A stretch of DNA of 63,368 bases, the filler included, from Reticulomyxa filosa (taxonomy: Eukaryota; Protista; Foraminifera): NCBI GenBank assembly GCA_000512085.1. It is 18 parts of 18 records of this genome, joined end to end, with 100 filler letters (N's around TTAATTAATTAA, not from the genome) between each part and the next. Parts side by side here need not be neighbours in the genome. Positions count along the whole stretch, not along the records: positions 50,753 to 53,278 come from ASPP01001574.1; positions 53,379 to 54,967 come from ASPP01000040.1; positions 55,068 to 56,947 come from ASPP01020689.1; positions 57,048 to 58,428 come from ASPP01020523.1; positions 58,529 to 61,114 come from ASPP01025214.1; positions 61,215 to 63,368 come from ASPP01001601.1; 12 more parts are not named here. One strand, 5' to 3'. The stretch's first letter is position 1. Each line of letters begins with the position of its first letter. Positions 53,241 to 63,368 of the stretch are shown piece after piece. The notes beneath the pieces were generated by a model. The model saw only the letters and a list, made by a program, of their open reading frames with translations, made no database searches and was not told the DNA's origin. The translations under genes and the position numbers were made by a program.

Positions 53241-53378
53241 TTAGCTTTTTTTTTTTTTTCCCTACCCTTTTTTTTTTTNNNNNNNNNNNNNNNNNNNNNN
53301 NNNNNNNNNNNNNNNNNNNNNNTTAATTAATTAANNNNNNNNNNNNNNNNNNNNNNNNNNNNNNNNNNNNNNNNNNNN

Positions 53379-54967
53379 AGTAACACTATTTCGTATTACA
53401 TTTAGTGAAGCTCATCACTGTAGACTTACTACACTACACCTAAAAAAAAGTGATTTATGCACTAGAAAGACAATTTTTATTTAGTATGATACATTTGTAA
53501 TCAATTAACATTTTTGTTTCAAGTTAAATGAAAGCACTTGCACTAAAATTTGGAAGTTCGTTTGACAAATTATACCAAATTCTTCCATGATGTCTTTCGA
53601 TTCATATGAACATAATGACTAATCCTTCTTGCAATCTTTGCATTTCGTTTTGTGCCTGCTCGTACGTGCGTATACACGCTAAAGCACTTGTTGTCACTGC
53701 CACTATAGTGAACACGCGAGTATATTGATAAATCATCGTTCTACTAATATCACTAGTAGTGTTTGTTGTGTTAGTCTTAATTCATTGAAATTTGAACGAA
53801 GTCTACGCATATCAGTTGACCAAAAACTCAACCACCGTACAAACATACATATGTGCAAAGAAAACTGAACGCCTAAAACATATATTATGATGATAATTGA
53901 TTTTATCATCATAAGATATGTTTTAGATGTTGCAACCTAATGTACTAGTAGATTTGACTAAAATGACAATTAGCTCTTGATCATTTGACAACATGCTTGT
54001 AGTGTTTGGTTCAATAACATCACCATTCTATCGCATCTTGACTTGAGTCGTAGTGGTGATGTCATTGAACATTATCACGAATAATGAGTGCTTTTGCAAG
54101 TTGTTGACAATGTACTTGTTCGCGTTAGCTCGTTCTAACACGTAGCGATACTATTCGCTGATTTCACGTTCTTTGCATTACAATGATTGTATGATGTACT
54201 GATCGCTCTCACGTTCAAACAGTCTTCATGCTTTCAACTTGTTCAATACTAATAATGATAGTATAAAGTTTGTATATATCAAATGCACTATCGTTCATTT
54301 GTCACGCCGTTCAATTCGATACTATCACTTCTTCATTTTGTCTTTCTACTCTTTGTTCCACCTTTCTCAACTCAAAGATATTGCTATCGTCCAAATATAT
54401 CTAGTCTTATTGTTTGTCTCGAGTATTACAATCAGAAATACAATTAAATACACTTAGCTAATTGATCTGCTTTAAATGTTCACCGTTTTTGCACCAAACC
54501 ACTATTTGTTATTTACAACTAGATTAAAGCATTTCGATGTTAGCGCAATTGATGTATGTTGTCTTGTTCTAGTTTTTAATACTTACTCGAACAATCTGTT
54601 CATCTTCTTGATCTTAGTCTTAAACTTGATTTCAACGTACTGTCACTATGTCACCATGTCAAACTTGATAACGCAGTCTTTTTGATCAGCGATATCGATA
54701 TCGATTAAGAATATATTTATATCTACATTTTCTCCTGCGAACGTATTTATTGTCACTCCTAGTGACGACTGACAAAGCATAGCCTCAATTGTGGTTATGC
54801 CTTCGATCCAATCCTTGTATGTACATAATGATCTTCTTCAGCTGAACACTGATTTGTTTTCAAACTGCACCAACACTTTCGCTGTTCTTGTCCTGATTTT
54901 CATATCGCACTCCTTCCACAATCACACATGCATTTGTGATTACTTTGTTCACAACGTGACCACATGT
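53379..54967 (-). pseudogene. Heavily mutated TE-like relic with strong GG/CC depletion
   Basis: No CC or GG in 54061-54300 and only about 4 GG on the + strand of the whole contig by manual count; CpG and CTAG are common. Faint LINE-like words on the minus strand (AFDIY, LFVIMFNDI). Confidence 0.4.
53846..53944. mobile_element. ~99-bp Tc1-derived MITE (TA-flanked hairpin)
   Basis: Left arm TGCAAAGAAAACTGAACGCCTAAAAC is identical to 60974-60999. Central palindrome CTAAAACATATATTATGATGATAA/TTATCATCATAAGATATGTTTTAG; right end TTGCAACCTAATGTA. Confidence 0.75.
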
Positions 54968-55661
54968 NNNNNNNNNNNNNNNNNNNNNNNNNNNNNNNNN
55001 NNNNNNNNNNNTTAATTAATTAANNNNNNNNNNNNNNNNNNNNNNNNNNNNNNNNNNNNNNNNNNNNTTTTTTTTTTTATCTATTCTATACCTTTCTTGA
55101 CAAGATTGGTTAGAAACACACCAAAAAAAGTTCTGTTGCGTGTCTCAAACCGGAGTACGTTCAACGTTTCTCTCTCGTTCACTAGCCCTCCCTTTGTTTT
55201 GTCACATATGTTGTTATCCCTCATCTGTTTGGGGGGGGGGGTATGGGCCTTTCATTTGAGAAATAGTAAAATTGTGACTACTTTTTAAGGATATTCCGTA
55301 AAAAAAGCCAAAGATGTGTATTCTTTAGAATTATTCACTTTGGAAGAATACATTGACTTTATAATTGTGTCTGTCACAGACAAAACGTTGCCAAGCTAAT
55401 AATTGGATACAATGAAACAACAATAAGGTGAACTGCGCATTTGTGACACCTTTCTTTTTTTCCATCGTCCAAGAAACAATTTGACATGTCAATAAGAATA
55501 AAAAGATCTGAATTTAAAAATTTGAACAAGTAAAGAGAGGGTGAAAAAAATCATTTGAAATAATCCATAAAAAAAAAACAAACTAGGACAAGCTTTTAGT
55601 GGAATGACGTATTTATTATAATTAAGAGAGAAAAAAGAATTAAAGAAAGAAAAAAAGCTAA

Positions 55662-56892
55662 TTACACAGTCTCCTTTTGTCGTGGCGACTTGGAGCGTTC
55701 TTTTTCTTGCCCTGCAGCATTTTCAAATTCGATTGTGTTGATTGTGTTGATAATTTCTTCGGCAAGTTCTTCATTTTCATCACAAATTGGAGGAAGGAAT
55801 TCAACTCCAGAGCGAGGGCCCTTGGTCAGCCAACTTTGACAAAACAGCACAGCATCGTGAATGGTCACAAACTGATTGACATTTTTCGGAGTGAACAAGC
55901 CACGATTCTGCAAGCGAATCAATATATCACGAACAGGTCCTTTTTTGTTACATTATTATTATTATAAAATATGATTAATTCGTTTGATATTATATATAAT
56001 ATATATATATAAAAGAATAAGATACTCTTCATACCACGACATTGTGCAAAAGCAATGTAGATCTTGGAATGTCTTTCAAGAAACTCGTGAGTTGACGCAA
56101 GGCAGTGGTGTCTAAGCGATAGGTGTGAGCCATGGATACGACCATGCACTTTGCTCCTTTGTGGATTCTCTCTTCCATGGCGTCCAACAAGCGTCGATAA
56201 TTGACAAAGGACAGCTCGGATCTCATTTCGAGAACGGGTACATCCTTAATCAACTGTGCGTGAGGAAATCTTCGAATGTCGACATACTTCATTTCCGCGC
56301 CGGGGATGTCGCGCTCATCGGGCAATTGGATGCCTCCCAATTCGACGATTTCGGCTTGCGAGTTGCTCCAAAACTGTAGCATGACGCTCGCCAGCACGCC
56401 CAAGCCAATGCCAACGGACAAGCCAAAGATGAGTGGGGCGATGACAATGATCAAGTATTCGATTAGTTCCTTTCGGCGGATGTGCCACAGAAAATAGCCT
56501 TCGGCGACTCCGCTGGTGATCAGTGACACTACACTGGACACGACCACGGAGGCGAGGACACATTTCGGCAAATAGGCGAGCATCGAGCCAAAGGCGACTA
56601 AGCAGATGAGACAAATGGTGGCTTGGATCAGCACGCTCAATTGTGTGTACACTCTCATCGAAAAGTTTAGTGACGTTCGACTGAAGCTGGCTGCACACAA
56701 GATCGAGGAAGAGAATGCACTCAGAATGATCGCCAGACCATAGGCCATCAGTTCGACGTTGGGATTGACTTCGATAGTAGGCAATGGCGGAGGAGGTTTC
56801 ACGGATGCAATTTTCACTTTCTTTTTCGAGCTCGTTGTCTCTGATGAACTCGTGCTCACTTTGTTGTCGTTTTGATTTGCAATTGATTCCAT
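55662..56892 (-). CDS. SLC26/SulP anion transporter with STAS domain, 5'-partial
   Basis: NVELMAYGL, ASFSRTSLN, TQLS, YLPKCVLASVV, GIGLGVLAS, STAS LSFVN..YRLDTTAL..FVTIHDAV. Confidence 0.9.
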
Positions 56893-56911
56893 TTCAATGG
56901 TTGTCGTTTTT

Positions 56912-56947
<36 letters not shown>

Positions 56948-57082
56948 NNNNNNNNNNNNNNNNNNNNNNNNNNNNNNNNNNNNNNNNNNNNTTAATTAAT
57001 TAANNNNNNNNNNNNNNNNNNNNNNNNNNNNNNNNNNNNNNNNNNNNGCAAAAAAAAAAAAAAAAAAAAAAAAGAATCATTA

Positions 57083-57860
57083 CGTACCAATGTCACTTAA
57101 ATTTTCAATGGTGTCAAATTCATCGTCCGAGTGTTGTTGATTATGGACGACTTTTTGGTGTTTATCGAAATTGGCTCCGGTGGAGCAGTACGGGATATCT
57201 CCAAACTTTTCTTCGACCATAACTCCAACTCCCAAGTCCCAATCGCCTCCATCTTTCGGAGTTGGCTTGGGTTCGTGTTTTTTCTGTTTGGTCTTTCGAC
57301 GTTCCTCGTGCTCACGTTCGCGTTCACGTTCGCGCTCCTCTTCGGATAAAGGTTCGGTGGAGATACGGAAGGGCTGAGTGACGGACGAAAGCACTCTAGG
57401 GTTATCATAGACGTAAGGACGATGCTGTGCGATGGAGGATACGGAGTGGTGGTGGGGGTACTTGGCATGACGAATGAGCCACAATTTGACAGTGCCGTCT
57501 AAGGAACACGTGACCAAATGGTTCATGGTTTCGTCCCAAATCATCCGCGTGACGCTGTCTCGATGTCCCGCGAACAGATTATAGCACGTCCCGGAGAGGT
57601 CGTCGAACAGAGCCACATGGCCGGTGATGCCACCAACGACGACAGTGTGAATGCTATGTGCATAAGTGATGCTCGTCAAATGACCATTGCACAAGTGAAA
57701 TACCGTATCGTCAAACCACTCATCTTTCAAATAGCATTGCTTTGTCTTTTTCCCGGCGCTCAAATAGTGCTGTGTTCCAACTGTCCCTGTCGGTATGGGG
57801 ACATCAATAATCTTCCATATCAATATCATACCCCCTTTGCGATCCTCTTTGTCCATTTGC

Positions 57861-57903
<43 letters not shown>

Positions 57904-58414
57904 TCTTCTTCTTTCTTTTTTTTTCATCGCCTCTGTCCTTGTCTGGAGTCAGACAGGACATATACTGGTAATGCATATCCTCGTGTTTACTCTTTTTTTT
58001 TTGGTGATAGTTGCAATAATAATGGTAGTAATAATTGTATGTGTAATCACTGTACGTGGGCAAGCAAGGGATGCTATAAATCTGATCGTTGTTATGGTCA
58101 TAATTGCTCACGATGCCGCTGATGTTATCGTAACTGCTCGTCGCACGATTGTTTACCAATGACTCCAGGCTTTGACTCTTATCCTTGCCTTTTTCCTTAT
58201 CTTTGTTCGTGAGTGCATGCTCGCTACTTGCTTTCTTAACATTCCAATTCGAACTTGGCACCTCTTTGGCTTGGTTCCCGTTATTTGCTTCATCGCCATT
58301 GTCATTGCCATTGCCACTGCCGTGCAAATGACTAATTATCTGTGGGTTCCTCACATTGAATGATTCTGGGAATTGCAAGTTCTTCAACTGAACGAACATT
58401 TTTACGACACCCAT
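57083..58414 (-). CDS. WD40-containing protein, internal exon with low-complexity inserts
   Basis: GHRDSVTRMIWDETMNHLVTCSLDGTVKLW; poly-N from (AAT)n at about 57862-57900. Confidence 0.7.
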
Positions 58415-58869
58415 CGCAAAAAAAAAAANNNNNNNNNNNNNNNNNNNNNNNNNNNNNNNNNNNNNNNNNNNNTTAATTAATTAANNNNNNNNNNNNNNNN
58501 NNNNNNNNNNNNNNNNNNNNNNNNNNNNGCTCTGTTTTTTGCTTAAATAAATATAACATTTAAAAGAAGGTTTTGTTGCAATTGCATCCTCCGCAAATCG
58601 AGAGTCCTTTGCGACAATCTAGAAAAAGCAAAAAAAAGGTGTGAATAATTGTGTCTTGAGTTTGTATGAAAGTCAGTAATGTAAACAATTTTAAATATTT
58701 TCATTACTAAAAAGTTTTCTATTACAATTATACTATGACATTAAGATCACTTTTAGGTAAATTTAAGTTTTAATGGCAAACTTTGGAAAAGAGTAAACAG
58801 GGCGTTACTAAATTTGTCGAAAATTTTTTTCTCGAGCGTGGAATTACTGGGGTAACTCAGAAGAGCAGA

Positions 58870-60023
58870 CAAAAGTAGTGGAAAAAAGAGCAGTTTAACC
58901 GACGAAACACCATTGCATCGCGCAACAACAGCTACAACAAGTGATCATCCATATCCATTCTCTCTCACAGCCCTGGGGACCACGTATATTCAGTTTCGGC
59001 GTCATTGTTGAAAGATTTGAAAAACAGCGACAACAAAGACGCAACTGACGAAAAACGCAAAGACTTTAAGCAATCGTTGCATTACACTTTTGACCCAATC
59101 CGACATCAATGCAAAAGACGTATCGACAACTAAAGTGGTGGTATGGCATTCCACCTTGTTGAGTTTGTCTTTGTCGAAGAAGTCACAAATACTGACATCT
59201 CTTCATCTCTTGCATAGATGCAAATTACCGGTATTTTTTTTTATACTTTGTGTTATGCATCTATTTTTTCCCTCTTTTTTTTTTTTTTTTACGTATACTT
59301 TTTTTTTTTTTTCTTTGCAAAAACTTTCAATAAATAAAAAAAAAAATCTACATGCATGCACAGAAAAGAAAACAACAGACAAAGAAGAGATTATGGATAC
59401 GTTGACACTTGAGTCAAACGAAAAAGAAGAATTAATGAAACTGCATGAGCGGATTAAAAGTGATGCATTGAGCAACAAATTGAAAGACGAGCTGTACAAA
59501 GAAAACAGACTCATGCTCATTATTAACTACAAACATTACAAAGACTCGTTTGGACCTGAAATAACAGCAAAGGCAACCATTTTGTTTGTCACAAGTGTTT
59601 TATGGAATGTCCGCAATAATTCCTATGAATTTGACGCCCTGAGAAAGGGATTTTGTATAAGTAAGTTTTCTTTGAGATTTCATTTTTTAAAATGAAATCT
59701 CAAACTATGTGTAAAATACTTACTCAGATTTGGACTTATCGCATTACAGCATAAGTATGTTGGCATGCAATGTAATCCAAGCTTGTAAGGCAGCCATGAT
59801 TGCTGTTCCATTTCAATTGGGGGATATCTACTGTATCAATACACCAACTTTTATTTATGTCTTACGTCAAATTGCGGAAAAAGTTTTGCACTTTATGTGT
59901 TATTACAACTTGCTTTGTTTTACGTCACTAACATTGCTGAATATTTTAAAAAATATGGAGTTAAAGATAAAACTCCAACTCAAAACGGAGGCACATAGGA
60001 AATTACTACCACGCAATAGATGA
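58870..60023 (+). CDS. Multi-exon hypothetical protein
   Basis: Open frames 59364-59660 and 59728-60023 joined by a GTAAGT..CAG intron; no family recognised. Confidence 0.4.
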
Positions 60024-60963
60024 CTGATCGTGGTTTCATTGAAAATGAATAAGCAAACATTTGTAGCAAAAGAAATAAAAACATGTTCATGTTTATCATA
60101 ATTTTTTACAAACAAAAATGGATAATAAACAGTGATTCATTTGTAATTGAATCTTTACTCACAATTTCCAATTTTTCAACTAGGTTAACACAACTCACTT
60201 TTACCTTGTTTCTTTTACTCTTTCTTAATTTCAGTAAAAAGGAAATAAATTAACAATAATAATTGCAACAAAATTGATTTTCGGAACTAAGTTCCTTTCG
60301 TATTACACTTAGAAATAATGTATACACAATTTGAAAAAATTTGATTATGTATGTTGTTGTAGCAACAAGTATTAAAGTTTGCATATTTTGCTTGCCGAAT
60401 ATAAATTTGCAGTCAAAACGCTGTCTATCACTGCAATACATTTTCTTGGATTGATTATAATCACGAAAAAACTATCCAGCCGTCACTGATGATGAACTCA
60501 GCTTGTGGAGGTTTTTAGCATTTTTGCTGGTTGTTTGCAGCATGATTTCTCCCAAAGTCATTGTTGAAACACCACTTTTTCTGTTTTAGACAAAACACAG
60601 ATTTGCCTCGTTCAAAGAAACCTAAAAAAAAAAGTTTATTCAAGTTCGTCCAATGACAATGCGACTGTGGGAGTGGAGGGAGATGACAACAGTTTTAAGA
60701 AGTTGATTTCTGATTTCAACGTCATTTTTTGCTAATTTTCCTCGTTGTTCGGGAAAAACAAGTCTTTTTTTTCTACTCTTTTGTATTACTTAAAATTATG
60801 TTTTCTTGTAAGGCTGTACAAGAAGAGAACGATAAAGAGTCTTTGAAAATACAATTTGATGTGAATCACGCAATGTAATCAAAATACAAACTTATTTCAG
60901 ATGTCACACAACCACAAATACTAAGGCAAAAAACAAACAAAACAAATGGGAAAGCTAAACATA

Positions 60964-61090
60964 TACAGTAGGTTGCAAAGAAAACTGAACGCCTAAAACG
61001 ATATCATATGATGATAATTGATTTTCTCCATGAAAAATGAACATTTAGACCTAATTTTTTTTTTATTTTAAAAAAAATATCTACAAATTT
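60964..61090 (+). mobile_element. Left TIR of a Tc1-family element
   Basis: TA followed by CAGTAGGTTGCAAAGAAAACTGAACG (Tc1-type CAGT terminus at a TA site); homologous to 8227-8301, 14877-14940 and 53846-53944. Confidence 0.75.
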
Positions 61091-61336
61091 TGTAGTTTTT
61101 AAATATGAAATTTGNNNNNNNNNNNNNNNNNNNNNNNNNNNNNNNNNNNNNNNNNNNNTTAATTAATTAANNNNNNNNNNNNNNNNNNNNNNNNNNNNNN
61201 NNNNNNNNNNNNNNTTGTTATAAACAAACAAAAAAAAAAAATCCTTTCTACGAATACAAATAATTTTTTTGCTCGTTCACTTTTTATTTGAAACAGGAAA
61301 AATATTGGAGGAATATACACACTCAAAACTACACAC

Positions 61337-61911
61337 CTCCCATCCCATCACTTTTGTGGCAAGTCCAACAACTTCAAATGCTTTGTCACCTAAAAGTTTG
61401 GGGTTTTCACACAGTTTGTCAATCGCTGGTTCCAATGCCTTTGCAATACATACACATAACATACATCCATTCCAACGATCCATTCGCTCGTCAAAGAAGA
61501 GAAAAGGAGGAAAAATATGCCCATTTCATTTTCTTAACTGCTATCTTGTCGGGGATTTTGCCACCTGGTAGCATTTCTTGAACTGGCTTTCCGATGTAGT
61601 CTTTTGCAAACTGTGTCAGTTGATTGTTTTTTTTGTTTAATGGTCAGAACATACTTTTTTGATTGGCGCGATCAATTATCGCTCAAGCACAATGGACAGA
61701 CAAAACAAATAATCCTTTCTTCTCTTGTCAATTTAACTACGCTGTCGAGAGTGGCATCTTTCCATGTAGGGAGCTTCTTTGCCCATTCATCTGATTTGTC
61801 TTCTACTGCTTTTGCCATGTTGTCAGGCTTAAAGTTTTTTGGCAACTTCTTTTGACTTGTGAAAGCCACAGGCTCACCCAAATAGCCAGGGCCTGTTGGT
61901 GCTTTTGCCAT
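61337..61911 (-). CDS. Hypothetical protein, 3'-partial, short exons
   Basis: MAKAPTGPGYLGE.., LIAPIKK-FAKDYIGKP..KKMKW-ALEPAIDKLCENP..GWE. This needs a GC-AG intron at 61439-61520; the first acceptor is unclear. Confidence 0.55.
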
Positions 61912-62747
61912 ATCTTATATTTCAGATCAACACTAAAAAAAAAAATATATTTCAATTTATTCTCAAAATGATCAAGGTCTAAAATTAAAAAAAGCTGAAA
62001 AACTTTGTGGTTCAAAAACAGATAAAAATCAACAAAACTCTGCTCCACACTCCAAATCATATGGATTACTGCCAAATTCTAGTAGTAAAATGGTGTTTAA
62101 GCTTTCCCAAAAGAATAAAGAAAAATCAAAATACATAAACTTGAAAATGAAGGTAATAAAAAATAATATAATAAAATTTATGAAGAAAATTTTAGCAACA
62201 TGTTTCGAAGTTATTGTTTGATTATCTTTACATCTTGGTACTGTTTGAAACTTGTTTCAGCTAAAAATTCTTTAATTTTTTGCGTATTGGGCTTCTCTTA
62301 CTTGATGTTTCCAAAATGTCAACTGTCTTCTTGATGAAACAATTTCATTTACTTTTTTTTAACTTAGTTTTAATGTTAACTGTTCTTAAAGCAAAACAAA
62401 GAACAAGACCGACAAATATGAAACGCCTAATGAAGACTATCAGCATTAGTTAGAAATCGTCAGTTTCAAACATTTTTTACCTTTCCATTAAAAGATTGAA
62501 CAATATTATTGCAAATAATTAAAAAAATATACAAATAACACGCGTTATTCAAATTGTCATTTATTATCTAATATTGACAATATTGTGTCCAATTTTAATC
62601 TAGATATACATTTGAATACTTGCAAACGCCCTTTTTTTCTCTTCAAAAACTAACGTAAACAACAGAGTCTTTGAAAGAAAGTGGCAGGGAAAAAATTTTA
62701 AACGAACTTTAAGAATTTTGGTGAGTCAATCGGGACAAAAAAGAAAG

Positions 62748-63280
62748 ATGAATGTGTGGCAAATTACTGGTGTTTGCCTGATGGCATTAAATTACTTGGT
62801 TCTCGTTCCTTTGGCTTTGTACGAGATTTCTCGTTATTGGAAAGAAAGGCGCAATCCTTTTGTTCGTGCAAGAATGCCACAACTTTCGTTAGTGTTATTT
62901 ACCACATTGCTTTGGATGAATGGAGGTAACCATACATTAAAAAAATCACTGTTTTTTTTTTTTTTTCCTCATAAAAAAAAATGTTATAGTGACATTACCT
63001 GGTGGATTACTTTGTGAGATATTTTACTCCCGATTAACAGTTTGGGGGACATTGGAGTTATTGAACATAATTGTGTTGCAATTTTTGTCGTTGTTGAGAG
63101 GCTGGCACATTTATATTCGACATGAATATTTGGAGTACCGCGCACAGCAATTGTGGATTCCATCGTTATCCGATACTAGTGGCAACGAGCCATACATGAT
63201 ACGTCACTATTCAGTTTTAGGAAATCTGGGATTCACTTGGAAGATTTTTGCGTGTGCAATTATCATTGTGTCCACTGTTT
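62748..63280 (+). CDS. Multi-pass membrane protein, GPCR-like (7TM-RGS-type N-terminal half), 3'-partial
   Basis: TM1 then RRNPFVRARMP.L, TM3 ending LLRGWHIY, then LGN before TM4. The pattern recalls AtRGS1/GprK-like 7TM regions; the RGS part is not in the window. Confidence 0.5.
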
Positions 63281-63328
63281 GTATGTTCAGTTGATTTTTT
63301 TTTTTTTTTGTTGCACTTTCATTGAATC

Positions 63329-63368
<40 letters not shown>

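Noticed and set aside
60240-60740. Possible B-box or zinc-finger relic on the minus strand
   Set aside because: Multiple stops and no complete motif.
61280-61680. TGA read-through or alternative genetic code
   Set aside because: The stops fall in introns or wrong frames; other genes end normally in TAA, TAG and TGA.

Overview
This window is not one locus. It is a concatenation of 18 short contigs joined by an artificial 100-nt spacer (N44-TTAATTAATTAA-N44, stops in all six frames), so adjacency across spacers means nothing. Seventeen contigs are AT-rich, intron-rich eukaryotic DNA. Their gene families, poly-T/(TA)n introns and homopolymer-type errors suggest a foraminiferan like Reticulomyxa (inference). 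Recognisable genes: VAC14, a WD40 protein, SCOT/OXCT CoA-transferase, an EST1/SMG-type TPR protein, a Cav/Nav channel fragment, a PP5-like phosphatase, APH-1, a Popeye-domain protein, SPRY and PH-CaaX proteins, a GMAP-210-type GRAB golgin, a dynein heavy-chain fragment, an SLC26/SulP transporter and a 7TM protein. One contig (4292-6666) is bacterial: enolase, an IS5-family transposase end and an IS-truncated exported protein, probably from an intracellular symbiont. The intergenic DNA holds many TE relics the ORF track misses: deletion-riddled LINEs, a Tc1 transposase, a recurring Tc1 TIR/MITE family and fold-back elements. The most unusual signal is that some TE relics are almost free of CC and GG while keeping CpG and showing frequent CTAG, which could be a RIP-like CpC-directed genome-defence process. 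All protein calls are by motif recognition by eye; no searches were run.
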